Source: Anthoceros angustus (taxonomy: Eukaryota > Plantae > Anthocerotophyta). Taken from it: 64,000 nucleotides of DNA. The number at the start of each line of letters is the position of its first letter. Position 1 is the first letter of the stretch. Of this stretch, positions 38,935 to 52,847 are shown one piece after another. Both the position numbers and the translations under genes were made by a program. The notes beneath the pieces were generated by a model. That model saw only the letters and a list, made by a program, of their open reading frames with translations. It had not been told where the DNA came from and did not search any database. The stretch spans positions 1,178,001 through 1,242,000 of the forward strand of contig MU008169.1 of assembly GCA_010909165.1 (NCBI GenBank), read 5' to 3'.

Positions 38935-41900
38935 GAGACCCGTTCGCGTCCGTTATCGTTCGTCCCTCACACCTCGTCCGTTCCTCTCCTCACACTACAC
39001 TTATCGGTCTTAGGAAGGCAGCGCGGGTTACAGTCCGGACCTCCTCGTTCTCCGGCCTCTCGTCCGGGCTCTGCCGCCCTCCGAGTCCCTCCGGCTCACC
39101 GTTCGGTCCGTTCGGCGGCGGGCGCGGCTGACGGGCAGGTCCCATCACCTCCCAGCACACACCACAACACGTTAGGTCGTCACGGGACCACAGTCAATCT
39201 CTCGGGTAGCCGTGCACCTTTCGGTGACTCGGGACTCACGTTAGCAAGAAGACACACAAGGTGCAGAGCGGCATCAACACCAAGAAGATGATTTATTGGG
39301 CAGACCCTCTTATACTACGCCCAAGTCGGCGTCTTTATTACACCTATTACGGTGATGGCCATTTCGGTATACCTAATCGACGCCTACCATCCTATTCCCT
39401 CCCCTATCTCCTTTCGGTGTGGGGTGGGAAGGTCCGGGTTCGCCTTGGGATTGGTGGTCCAATCTCCCGTCTGGCGATTCGGCGCGCAATCGGATGATCC
39501 GGTGAGGACCCCTCCTCTCTCTCCGGAATCACAGCGGGTTGGGCTCGGCGTGTCGGCGGCCGCCGTTACCACAACGTCATCCTCCAGCCTCCCATGGGTC
39601 CCCTCGGTGGGGCCACCTATCTGCTCCCCTAAGCGTAAGTCGAAGGGGCTCCTCCCTTCTTGCGGTCGGACCTCGAGGTCCGGTCTCGACTCCGGAGTCT
39701 GAACTCCAGTCGGCTTATTTCTGAGTCAGTCCTGGGTCGGCCTCGTCTCTGGGGTTCGGACCTCAGGGTCCGAACTTATTACCGGGGTCCGGTCCCCAAG
39801 CTCGGACCCCTTATCTGTGGACCTCGTCTTGCTGGGTCCTCATCCCTACCCAGACCCTTGTCTTGGGTCGGGTTGGCTCCTCATACGCCTTCGGTCACCT
39901 CCTTCTCCGGGCGGGTTGCGGTGAACTTACCACAGGGTCCGTTGCGTCGCTCCTCTTGAGGCTCTTCTCCCCGCTGTCGTCTCCAAGCAGGGGCCCTAGA
40001 GTCCCGTCTTGTCCCCATGCCCTTCTTCCCCTCAGGCCTTCCGGTCCGTCTATTCGTGTGAGAGGCCTCAGCCGGGGCTCGGCGTGGTAATAGGCAAAGT
40101 CCGAATCCACTTGTTGGATTGCCTCTTCCACGTGTGCCCGGAGCACCCGATACTCCCTTCGCCATAGGTGCTCGGCGTCTTTGCCGGCTTGTTGGACCAC
40201 CTCCCGCCGGGTTTGATATTGGGCGGGCTGCTTCACCTTGGCAGGCGCCTCGGTCACCTCCCGCAACCGTCGCTGTTGCTCCACCTGCTCCAACTCCTCG
40301 CTTCGCTCGGCTGCCGACTTGCCATAGCAGCGTTCCCCGCCTCAAGCTCAGACCCGGCTTCTTATGCGCTTCCGGTGCTCTCGCTCTCTGTCCATTCAGT
40401 AACTCCGCCATCTCCCTCTCCAGACGGTCGGGCAACCTGCGGTGCGGGCCCCGAGCCCTTCTCCATCTCGGCGTCACTGCTCCTGTTCCATCGCCTCTCA
40501 TACATGGAGCCGCTCTATTTCGTTCGCGTTCGCGATCCGTCTGAGACTACCATTCCTCTCAATGGTAGTTTGGGCTGGACTCAAGTCTCCTTGCGGTCTT
40601 CCATCTCCATTCTTGCTCCACCTCCGGGGCGAGTCAGGAGATCCTCCATCTCCTTGTCGAACTTCAGGCTGGGCTGGTGCGCTTGCTCCGCCGCCTCCTG
40701 CTCCATCTTGAGGGCGCTCTATCTCCGAAGTCTTGGATTCTCGTTGAGAACCCCTTGCTGCAGCGTCTTGGGTTGTAACTCCAAGGTGTCCTTCTTGTCC
40801 TCCGGCTCCTGCCGCCTCCCTTCTACCTCCTGCAGTGCGCCACAGGTCCGTTCCGGGTCTTGGCCTCCAGTGTTTCTGCGGCTCGTCCGTGCTCTCTTGC
40901 CGCTCGGCCTTGATTGGCGTGGCTCCGGCCGCCTCCCTCCACGGTTCGATCACGCGATAGTGATCGCGGTCGCCTTGGCTTCCGCCTCCTTGGCCACCTT
41001 CACAGGCTCTCGGCAGCTCTGGTCTGGTCGCCTCGCGGTCCGCGCTCGCTTGCGCCCGGGCCTCTTAGCCTCTGCTGCGCTACCCTCTCACTGCGAGGTC
41101 CTCGGCCAGCGCTTGGGCCTCCTTAGCACTTGGTGCTCCTCCGGTGAAGGAATTTAGTCGGTCCTTGCGGATGGACGGACTTCCCTCTCGGCCTCCGGCG
41201 TTTCCCTTCCTCAATCGGCCGAGGCTTGGCCTTCCTTCCTGCCTCCTGGGCCCCTCAGCTGCTCACGGAGGTACCATGCCTCGGGTGGCTTACCTCCACA
41301 GGTCTTCTCGGCCATCCGAGACCCCAAAGCATCCGTCCAGTGGCAGGACGCCGTGTTTCTTCCACGGCCGCGTGAGGCTCCCACAAAGTCGTAGTGGGGC
41401 GGCATTTGATCGCCGAGGACCTCCATACTGATCGGAGTAAGTCGGTGGGTTCTCGGACCTAATCGGGACCCTTAGGTCTGAGTCTTGCTCGGAGCTTCAC
41501 CCTCCTTGGCCCCGCCCAGCGCTCCTTCTCCCCTTTTTCTCCACAGGGCTCGGAGGAGGTGAGGGGTCAGGGAGCAAGCCCTTTTGCCCCTTCACAGCCG
41601 GCAGGGCCGGCTCAGTCTGCTGCCGGTGTCCTCCTGCTCCACAGGCGCGTCCTTTACGCCCTCCTTCCGCTTCCTCGCTTCTTGCCACTCAGGTAGGCGG
41701 GGTAAGTCTTGGCACCGTCGGTCGCGTTGTGGTTGTCTTGCGTCTCTTGGTTCCCTCACAGTCCCGGGCTCCTATGGTTGTGGTGGCTGGGCTATTGGGT
41801 CAGGGCCTCTTCTGCTTGGGCTCGGTTGGGGCACAGGAGGAGGCGGATTTCTTCCCATACTTCCACAGGTGGTGAGGGGTCCGTTCGGCGTATGGAGTCG

Positions 41901-43215
41901 AATTCCCTCGATCGTCCTCCTCCGGGTCCGTTTGGCCTTGGTCGGCCTCCCACCTCGGGCGCCCTTGCGCTCCACTTCGGCGGGGCCTCGGTCCTTTCGG
42001 GCGCTCAAGCTCTCCCTCCTTGAGGGGCTCATGTCCCCATACATGGATCGGTATGGGGCGGCCAGATGGCGAGGCTTCTCGCTGAGCTTGCGGGCCTCAG
42101 GCCGAAGATAATCCTTCCGGTCCGCCCTCTTCCCAGCATGGCGCATGCGAGAATACCAGCAGTTATCACCAAGGTGATCCACCTTGGTGGCGAGTTCAAT
42201 GGACAATGATCCCGCCCTTACTCGGGTGGTCGGATATCAACCACCGTTGGTGGTCTCTGCGTCGAGCCTCGGCATCTGTGCGGCCCTATCTTCCCCTTGC
42301 CTTGAGGGGCTCGGCACCACCCCTTCTTCCTCCTTTGGGCGGTTGTAGGCGCCCTCGGGACCTCAAGGTCCATGCCGCCGGGTCCTCCGGAGGTTCTTGG
42401 ACCGCACCTCCTTGTTGTGCCGCCACATCTTGGGCGAACTCCGGACGGTGTGTTGTCGAGCGTCCGGACCGTGGAACATCCGGTGCCACTCCTCACTAAT
42501 TCTCCGCTTCCTCGGCCGGGCCCAAAGTCCGGATAGCGCGGGTCACAATGTTGCGCTCCACGAGGTTCCATGGCTCCCAAACTTCCGAGCTTTTGGGTGC
42601 CATCGCCTCTCCCCTTGTCGGCTGGCTGGCGGAGTTCGGCGCACGTCGCCCTCCTCGCGCGTTCGCGCTCCAACCCGGCGGTGAACACGCTCGAAGGTGC
42701 TTGGCGCTCAAGAGATAGCGCGAGCGGGTTGCGGGCGCAAGGCTGAGGTGTCTCGGCTGCGCGAGACCTTCCCCTTGGCCGCCTTGGGGTAACGGCGGGG
42801 AAGGCGCCTCTTCCACTGTCGTAGCGCGAGTGCGCATGCCGACCTTACGCCTCCGCTTACTGCGGCCTTACGCGTACTCGGCCGCCGCCGCGATCGCGGG
42901 CGTGAATACTGCCTGCGGCCTGGCAGTCACGGTCTGGCGGTGCATGCCGACCTCCACTCGGGGCCGTCACGTGGCGCCGCCTGGTCGTCCTCACGGCTCA
43001 ACTTCTAAGTTACTTTCCTGGCGTACTTATCTTGGACTGGGTGGGTCGGACTTATCCGTTACCCAGCGTGGTCGGTGCACGCCATAGTAGGTCAGTCGTT
43101 GCACTCGGTCCGGAGTATACTCAGTCGTCCAGTGCTATCCATGCTTATTCCTCCCTTTTCCGCCTTATTTTATCCTCCACTAAAAACAAAACCCTACTGT
43201 TCTTAACCCCCAAGG
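38935..43215 (-). mobile_element. 3' half of a second retroelement family: ORF-X homologue (~42900-39880), PPT (~39395-39415) and LTR-like end
   Basis: EDPAAWTL..AYNRP, ATKVDHLGDN, coiled coil, purine run aaaggagataggggagggaa, then TATAAG and AATAAA. Confidence 0.55.
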
Positions 43216-43249
43216 AAGTCCAGTGTCCACACGCGCCCACATACGGGAA

Positions 43250-45193
43250 GATGGATGGCTCAATTCCGATGGATTCCGACCTAGCCACTCAAGTGCTGCC
43301 TTTACGGGTACGGTGTTGCGTTTGTACCGTGGTTCTCATGTAATGGCGGTCTTCTTGCCATGCGGGCATTGCTTCCATGATGCTTGTTTGTTCCAGCGTT
43401 CGGCCTCCGTGTCACGCCCTCCACGGGGGTGCAACCTTGATGTGCACCCAAGATGGATTAAATCAAGAGGGTGGCCTTTTATAAGTACCATGCCCAATGA
43501 CTCATGGCATATAGATGAAGAAGAGGACGGAGACGGAATACATTGAACTTCTCGATACGAAAGCATGGATGCACGTTTTGCGGAGGGTTGGGAAACACTC
43601 CATTGCCACGACAAAGTGAGAACACGTGAGCAGGAAGAACATGCTAGAGTCACCGGTCATTTCGCATTGAACCTTGGACCCTTTTTTTGTGTCTTTATCC
43701 TTCTCGAGTGTTGCTTGCCTTTTATTGTAGGCACATATAGCGAGCTTGCCCCATCTCCATTCTTGTTACACTTGAAGATACCCATGTCAACGCAATACCA
43801 CATGCTCCTACCTATTCCGATGGGCGAACACCACCGTCGCGGATGGAAATGCAAAATATGTTTTACACACACCTGACCTTGTCGTTCCAATGGGGAACAA
43901 TGCTGGTCCATTGGATGATGTCGAACTCTGCGTGCGATGTCACACAATTGTTGGCAAACCCTCACGGCGGTGACTATGTGGGAGCATCCGCCACCACCGA
44001 TGTTGAAGATGATGCACCTTATGTGGCAACATGTGTTGTGGCAGCCCCAACTCTAGGAGCAACAAGTGAGAACAACTTTGGTTGAAGAACTGCTCTTCCA
44101 CGAGGTTTGTGCGACGTGAGGTAGATCAACATGCGAGCCATTGCGGTGGTTAAAGCCTTTCACTCCAACGGAGGGTTTTGAAATCTTATTGATTGTCGGC
44201 AAGAGTGGAGCTTGAAGGGAAGCCCTACGGATGTGGAATTTGACACCCTCACGAAAGTGCGCATTGTGTAGTTGTGAAGGAGAAAAACACGAGGAAGTAC
44301 CCATGGCACTCTGCCATGAGATGGGAGTTATTCAAGCGGATGTTGCAGCCCCTAGGCCACATGTGGATGCACTGGATCTTGGCAAGTGCGCAGCCGAAGT
44401 GGACATGGGGATATGTGTGCCAGTGGACACTCGACAAGAAGTGGTCACTTCTCGTGCACTAATGGCACTTTGCCATGACCAGCATGCCACTGAGAACAAC
44501 GTGGTCAGTTCTCGTGCTCTGGTGGCACTTTGCCGTGACCAGGATGCCACTAAGATCGACGTGGTCACCCCTATGCTTCATGCCAAGGTCATTGAGAAGG
44601 AGAAGTTGGTGACAGGTGCACCAAGCTCGAGGGAGGGAGACCCAAAACTGGTTATGCCACAGTGTGGACCGACAAGGCATAATCCCATGGGTGTGTGCAG
44701 GAGGCGGCTGGACCATTGAACGGAAGCCACTCTCAAAGCACGCTAAGGGAGGCGTGGAAAAAGAAGGCGTGGCGGTGGAGGATTTGCAGTGCCCTCCGGT
44801 GTAGAACATGATGCAGCATCGCTGGATGTGGGGGATAACTTCATGGTTCTTGCACTTCCAAATAACAAGGAGAAAGTTTTGTTCTATGTTCTCAAGTGCG
44901 TGTCGACATGGGAGCCCTTGCAAGAGGACTACACCGATACTGTATGGGGTTCTGGACCGTGGGAAGCAGGAGAATCTGTTGCAAGGGCTTTATATTATGA
45001 GCAGGAACCAAAACGCCCTGGTCTATATCAACTGATGGATTCTGGGAAGCGTGGTGTGCCAACTCTGGTATCGCCTGACATGATAGTTGCCACCAAGTTC
45101 GAAATGGTGAAGGTGCAGAAAGACAAGCCAGATGATAAGAAAGAGAAGCAATTGTATTGGCTTGGTCCTACACACGATGGTTGGAGCATCTAA
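43250..45193 (+). pseudogene. RING-finger-like gene with a conserved C-terminal domain (VGDNF..FYVLKC..WG..YYEQ)
   Basis: CCVC...FLPCGHCFHDACL...C at 43312-43435, and ORF 44789-45193. Confidence 0.55.
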
Positions 45194-46749
45194 CGAAACA
45201 GGCAACATGAAGAGAAGCGGCAGGCAAATGTTTGATATATGCGTGCGAGTTTTGGAGGGCACAAGGCGTGTACATCGGTGTGTGTGGCTGCTCGATGTAG
45301 TTGAATACCGTTTTGGACAACGGCCGTTGAGAGCTCGTGCAGCTCAACACTCCCGCAGGGCTGGCGACAGCGATCCTTTCCAAACATTGAGCATGATTGA
45401 TTAATTAAGACTGAATAATTAAGCCTCCCGCATTGGTAAAGCTATCTTCATAAGTTCGATCCATCGTAGCCGCTTAGATTGATGTGACATGAAAGCTCAG
45501 GTTGATCTTGTTCAGGGCATTGCGTGGTACTACGAATATGTGCAATGCGTTGCATTATACGCAATGCTTTGAACCTGCACACAAGGGATGGAATCCAAAG
45601 AAGCTTCGGAATCTAAAGCAGACACCATTCCTAACCATCGATCGAAACATGAACTTCTAGATTTGGAGCACAAGATGTCCTATTCATTTACAATCGTGAA
45701 CTACTAGACCACGACAATGCCTAGCAAGACCCAAGCTTGTCCTGACCCTCACTGTGGATTGAGGATGGCAAGCAAATACACAAATGGCATTGGTCGTGCC
45801 TCTGCACCGAAGAGGATTGATGGCGTTGCACTTGGCCTTCCCTCAATCCACCACAGCGCCCATGTTTGCATCGCTGCACGAATCCACTACGGGAGGAGGT
45901 GGGAGGGAGACGCTCGTCTCCCTCCCACATACGGTAGAGGGCGGGGCAGCGACAGCTCCGCCCCTCCTCACATAGGGCGCTAGCAACAATTCCCTCTTGC
46001 GCATCCAGTAGTATCGGCGTGCTTTCGCCTGCTCGATGCGTTGCAAATAGTTCACCGCCACACTGTACAACTGGGAATGGGGAGCAAGTGCCTCGACCAC
46101 TGAGGCAGACGCGTATAGCGCAACCAAGTCGGTGGCGAGGCGGATGCCTAAGGCATCCACCATCCCTCCAGCCTCAACCACGGATGCCATGGCGCGGGAG
46201 AACCTGGAGCCACGCAAAGAACAAGAACAAGTTGGTGCACAATGCCCGCGTGGCTCAAGGGGAAGACAAGTCTGTCAGATTGAGTTCAAATGACATGATG
46301 CACACGAGTGTGCATCGAAAAGGTTGCCACATTGAAGACTTGCTTACTTACCATGCGTGGGTCCATGATTAATCACTACCCACATGTTGGGACATGGCCA
46401 TACGGTAGGTAGCTCATGGGGGCGGCGTGCAAGTATCGATGTATGGGTCACGGGATCACGGACATGCTGCCGTGTTTGGTCATGTTCCACATCACACTAG
46501 CCGCGGTTTCAAGCATATGCGGCGATATCAATCGAGACATAGGCGAGCGATTCGGAGACAGTGCACGACTCATGTGCTCCGGTGGATTTCAAGCGGTGGA
46601 TTTATCATATCATCCTTGGGTCTTTCGGTGACAAGTATGCAAGTGACATTCAAGGGCCCATGACGGAAGCATCTTGTACACTTTCTTGCACAACACCTTT
46701 CACTACCTTAAGGCCTCTTTTATGAGCACAAACAAAAGGTCATCACCAT

Positions 46750-48990
46750 CTGTCCATGCACCTCCATTTCAAACTTGCATGTCGAACAATATGAAATTTG
46801 GAGAATCACGGTCCTCCAACAATGTTCTGCGTGATTGGCTTCCTTGAGTTCTGTGAAGGACCAATGCTCGGCATGAGGTTTGATCCTCACAGCGTCCAAG
46901 GAGTGTGGGCATTTCACATCTTGAATGGTTGCTCAAGCGATCAACAAAAAGCATGCGAGCCGCATCAACAATGTTGGGTCGATCTCTGGGTAGAGGCATG
47001 CATTGTCTTGGAACCGGGGAATAGGATCACAACCATGCTTGGCCCTCCTGTTTACCTCATGTTTACCAATTAACCAAAACTTGTACCCCATGCTTGAGGC
47101 ATATGAACTTGCTGCCCGATATGGTTGCGGACAAGTACTCCACAACATCCGCGTGCATTCGCTGCATCGGAGATGACTCCGCTGCCGTGCGATCGCTTCA
47201 AGATCGCTTTTGCACCATCGTGCTCCCCTTCCCATGGCCACACCCAAAGTATGACCAGAGCATGTTACACCCATCTGTGAAGCTTGGGTAGCGAGCAATG
47301 AAATAGCTTGGGCGGCATGCCTTGAAGCGCTTGCGGTCCATCCGACCAACCAATGTTCCGGTGCAAAACCGCATCCCATCCATTGCCAGTGCTTGAGCAA
47401 GCAATGTTGCACAAACAGCGTGTCATGAACAAGATCATCATGATCACTAATGTAAAAATGGTAGTATTTCTCGATGGATGCGGCGGGATCATACATCCAC
47501 AGAGCTATTCCGTGGTAGAACACCAACACGAAGATTGATACGATCATTTTGCGATTACATAGGCGTATCTCATTCTGGACACCAAATGCATATTTGTGGG
47601 AGAAGTCCATGACAGAAACAACTACGTCTTGTGGAAACCATTCCAAGCACTGCCTGAACTCTATCCCTTGCCACCGTTGCACAAAATCATGCAGCACAAA
47701 CTCTTTGAGCTTTACCTTGAAGTGAAACACAAACTCTGAGGGGTGTGTTTCCATGAACACAAGCTTGATACGTTTCTTATCATTCCCATCCGCGTCTCGA
47801 CCAACCACCTGGTACTGGAAACAACATTTAGAACAGCTTGTGGTTGAATGTCTACGGAGGTCTCTGATGGACAGAACAAAAGCTTGGGAATCCCACATCT
47901 GTCACAAGCCCCCTGCAGGCATGCAAGGGCATGCCAGGCTTCATCTGGTCCCTTTGGACACAACAAACGCTCACATAGCTCCCTCGATTGCAGTGGAGGC
48001 AATTACATGGAAGGCTTGGTGTGGCTCAGATAGGGCACATACCATCACGAGGAACAAAGGCAATGGCCACGGGGTGAATCACAGGCCCGAACCACGCAGC
48101 CATTCAAAGCATCCTTTAAAATGCCATCTCGTGATATCTACAACAGAAAGATTACGTTCACCGCAAACTCTTCACGTAAAAACTTCAACTTCTCAAATGT
48201 CCTTTGCCCAACATGGACGTCGTGCTCGACAAAAGCGGAGATAGAACTGCATGCAAACACCACAACGACTTGTGTCGGGGCTTCAGTATCCGGCCGGTGG
48301 CGATGGGTCATAGGAAAGTGACTACCACGTATCCCAGGACATGACGACCCCAAGCCCACTCGGACAGAACGGGCTGGCCACCTACGTGCATGACCATCGG
48401 GACAAGTGCTCCTGTCAGAATATGCACAGTATCCGTGGCCATGTGATTACAACAAGACCATAGAGTCACATAAATTGCCAGGTAGTCACCATATTACATT
48501 TGAGGTGACCATGACACCATGCAGGACCAAGCAAGTGTCCACATGTAGTGGGCACCTGTCATTGCACATGTCCCTGTCATTACACCGTGACCACTGTGTC
48601 TTGGGAGGCTGGATGCCAAGAGGCCACAGAGTCGAGGGTGACCAAAGGTGCGACAAAAATCTTGAATGGCGGTGAAGCACGAGGCGAAGGAACCAAAACT
48701 TGAGATGCATTACGAAATCATGCCCAACATGCACCCCAAAATTGTGGAACAACATCTTTGAACATCGATTCGCACCTTAACACGGCCTTACAAGGGGAAA
48801 GTGATATCGGTGATAGCAAAATCGAGAATAGAATCGGACATATCACAGAGACAAACTGAGACATATCAAGGAAATGAGTGATATGTGTGATGAACGCCTT
48901 TGGAGCAGTTCTGAACCGCTTTGTGTCCTTGGTGTTCGATGATGGTTTGGAGGCGAGTTCCCAAAATTGAACAATTACGTCTTTCACGTA
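46750..48990 (-). pseudogene. Sola2-like DDD transposase, core and C-terminus
   Basis: Cys cluster (LCP..C..G.C..CG), DFSHKYAFGVQNEI, SD..HDTLFVQHC, WSDG..FK, WSYFGCGHGKG.HDG. Confidence 0.75.
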
Positions 48991-49117
48991 AAGTCGCGGC
49001 CTCGTCTGGGGCCTCGGCCGCGCCAGTAGTTTTCGGGGTAGTGCGGTAAATTTTTAGAGAGAAATTGACCTTTTGGTCATTATTTTACCCAGAGTAAAAT
49101 TCATTCTGATATAGTAG

Positions 49118-49188
49118 AAAATCATCTACCATCAAGGTACAAAAACAAGAACCATACAAGTGGGGTAAAATCATCTACCATCAAGGTA
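49118..49188. repeat. 22-bp subterminal direct repeat aaaatcatctaccatcaaggta, two copies
   Basis: Exact copies at 49118 and 49167. Confidence 0.85.
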
Positions 49189-49539
49189 GAAAATAGAGCA
49201 CTAGAGTAGAAAACATGACGACCAAGTGAATACCATGGGTCTAGAAGCTCATTCTAGAAATCCCACCAAAATCGCTAATCGACAAAAACATTTACATTAA
49301 ATAATATTCATGCGGATCCGGGATATACAAAAACCAACAAAGAAACCTTTTCTTTGCGAGTTTCTGTATATCCGAATGGCATGAAATACAAATTCAACTA
49401 ATGAAGAGTAAATACCGGCATAGATTGAACTGCTAGATTGAACTCTACTTCAACAACAATGGAACCTACAAACAAAACGAAAGACACAAACCGTGATTAG
49501 GTGATACTAGAAAACACTGAAATAATCATAGCAAATACT

Positions 49540-52500
49540 TAGGAAATGATACTCACCTTATTTAGGAAATTATGTACAATTACATTGAAAAGCGTAATTT
49601 TCACGACCACTTGGCTTGATTGGCGGTTATGCGGCATCATTCTTGGCAACCAATTGATGAAGCTGAGGACTTGGACGAAATTGTCCGGCTTCCTGCAAGG
49701 TGACAACCTAATAAAATACAACCATTGATTTTCAATGTACTGCTGATTAATAAAGAGCATAAGAAAACTTACCAATCCTGACGGATTTTCGCAGATAGCA
49801 GTGCAAATATCTCGAGACACATTCTTCTGCTCCTGTTCTCTTTTCCACTGCAGTCTTCGAACCTCTTGCTGCTCTATCTGCTGCTGCTTCAGTTTCTCTT
49901 GATGCTTAATGTGCTCTTGTCTCCTCTCCACATTTCTCCGCCTCTGGATCTCAAGGGCTTTCTCTCTTTGCTTAGAGACTCGTAATTCAAGCGCTTTCGC
50001 CTGTCTCTCTATAAGAGCCTCCAAATCCTTTTGCCTGAAACTCCAATTCTGTTTACATATCATACTCCAATTCCGTACTCGCGCAATCTCGAAGCCGCTC
50101 AAAGCCACTTCCATTTCCATTTGCGATCCAGCAATACAATATCGAGGTGCTACCACCACATTTACATCTGGTTAACCGGATGGTGATCACACTCACTATG
50201 CACAATGCCCTCCAACGGAGGGACCACGCATCCACTTCCCTCGGTATCAATGTTGAAATGAGGGGCGGTAAAACTTCCACTAGTCGCAGGATTCACAACC
50301 GCCAAGATAAACATAATCGAAACTCCAAAAGAAGTGAAAACAAACAAGCAGACAAAGAATCAACCTTGTCAACATATGGAATTTCACTAGAACACCCATT
50401 GTTGGTCTGTTATCCATCGAATGCCTTGGCCACGCTTCGGAGGTATGTTTGCAACCAAAACATACGATCTCCCACACCCATAACAACAGAGACCGATGAT
50501 TAAAACAGATCCAACATGGCGGCGCAACCAAGGAACGACAATACCAACTCGAACTTGAGACACGTGGACCAAATGGTGCGGAAAACTCGATTCGGTCTTG
50601 ACATTGTTCAAAGGTGCCTTTCATGATGAACAACAGGAGTTGCTACGAGACCTAACACACAAAAACAAGTCGACAGATTAGTCAAAACAAGTCCCTACAA
50701 ACTTGCAACAAATCTCAAACACTTACATTGTTAACTGTTGCACTCGCAAGTGCGATCTTGGTGACTAGAAAATACAATTTCGAGTCACATTGAGGGTTGG
50801 CGGAAGAACACCCTTAAATCATCCCGCATCCGATTCGTTCTTGGTTCAAAAGCTCGATAGGATCGCCGTTCACCGAACAAGGACTCTTCTGCGGTACTGT
50901 TTTGCTTGACGACGGTCATATCGCAAACCATATCGAACATCGAGGAAGGAACATACAAAGGACTCAAATGTCACAAGCTTTCAAAACATATTACCTTGAG
51001 AATCCGGCATCTTTTATGGCGTCACACTTCTCCCAAAGATCGAAGGCACCGAGCCATCGTCAAGCGTGTAATCATTGTTACACGGCTCTTATTGGTGTAA
51101 TAGCCAGGCGTTGCTTGACCATGGTCTTCATGAACCTTGACAACATTCCTTTTGAAACACGGAGTTTTGCATACCAAGCCTAGCCAAAAACAAGCTTAGT
51201 AAATACAAACCACAAAACTTAAGCCCAATAACAACAAACTTACATTTGATCTTGGGTTATCAATTGTTGAATTGAACAAAACCCCGAATTGATGATTTTG
51301 TCGTTTGCGAGACCACTTGGGAGAGTGTTCAATAATGACTCTAAAAGTTTCGATAACATCACCTCGTAAATCTTGACCTTTTTGACGGAAATGCTCACTC
51401 TGGTAATTCTTCATGTCCACTTTATAATTTTTGAAAGCCGTTCTTGATACGCAAATAAAAGCGAGCTAGACATCAAAACAACCAAAACATACGACGTCAA
51501 AGATACAATGAACAAAACAACCAAAACATCTTGAACAAAAGGTCCTTTTGAATCTGAGAACGAGAAGTCCACGATGAGCGGTTATGTAACTCTTCACCAC
51601 CTCGAACTCCAAACTGGTCATGCAAAAATATGCACACCGCAAACAATAGAGGCCTCCGTGTTTAAAACCATAAATGAACAATCAAAGTGCACCCCTAAAC
51701 CAACAATATTACCTTTTTGAGCCCCGCCCAAATGAGCATTGATGATCTCGTGTGAAAGAATCCGCTCATCATCAAAATCAACTTCACCTCTTTTCGACAT
51801 GACACAATTCCAGATCCTTGCGATTTTCATGGGCGCAACAACAGGACCCATGGAAAATTCCATGGAACATGTTGATCACCGGAACATCAGAACCAAGCCG
51901 GCTTTGGTTCAAGATGCACTTCCTTGTTAAAATTCGGTTAAAACCACGAAAGAAAGACATCAACCTGCACAAGAGAATCAGAAATCAGTCATGTGAATGA
52001 AAGTCAGAACTATCAAAATCAACAAGTCAAAAAACATCACTACTTACGTTTCTGGAGAAAATCTCCTGTTGTCCTTCAGATTCCGAACTTGATGGAAAAA
52101 GGGTATCAGAATAAGATTTAGATCCTTGTAAGGATATCCTCAACAGATCCCATCCCACCCCACTCACTTTCATAAAGGCCACGAGGCGACTTGACACGAT
52201 TATTACGCGTTTGGACCTATCCTCCCCACCACTCAACGCATCATTCACGCTCCCTCGGGACTATTGGGTCAAATCCACACTCTCGAAAATTGCTTCATCA
52301 TCAATTTCCTCCATACCCATGGCAAAGTCATCTTGGGATCATCACACTTTAGCCTCTCAAACATATCAAGCACTTCTTGATCGGGGATGACTCGGTCGGG
52401 AACCACAAGCATGGAAGCGCCCAGCAAAGCATTCATTCAGCACACAAATCTCTAGACTCAGGGCTTTGGCGGCACTCACAACCATGGGGATCGTCGTTAT

Positions 52501-52847
52501 CAAGAAATCATTCTCCCCACAACTGGACCCCTCTCTCGAGACCGGGACATAGTTAGTAATCTCGCAAGAGGACCTTCAACCAAAGCCACAGTCAGTGTCC
52601 ACCCTTCTCCTCTTCTCGAACAAACTCTGCCGTCGGCGTCCTTCTTGGATGAAGCGCCTTGGCGGTTTGGGCAAGTCTTTTGGGAACTAAGTAAGTTCCT
52701 TGTGCACCAAGACACCATCAACTTTACCATCATCCTGCAGCGGATGAGTTGCGATATCTAACCATGGTTGACCACACTGCAGTATAGCCATAACTTGACC
52801 AGGATCCTTGTTTTCTTCCGGCCAGTGGGTTTTCTTTTAGGAGCCAT
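49540..52847 (-). CDS. Intron-containing Crypton/DUF3504-like tyrosine recombinase (frameshifts present)
   Basis: Spliced reconstruction: MAPKRK..DLNLILIPFFHQVRNLKDNRRFSPET|LMSFFRGFNRIL..MKIAR..DERILSH..K|GL..FGVRGGEELHN..|YQERLSK/NYKVD..NPRSN|AWYAKLRVSKGMLSRFMKTM..YTNKS-RVTMITRL..VT(G)HK..FSR|YDR, then a coiled coil. Confidence 0.85.

Noticed and set aside
40168-41157. Long plus-strand ORFs (also 3260-4226 and 26255-27091)
   Set aside because: Low-complexity antisense shadows of purine-rich minus-strand coding regions.
49540-52847. DIRS/Ngaro retrotransposon
   Set aside because: No RT/RNase H or split repeats in the element, and the gene has many introns.
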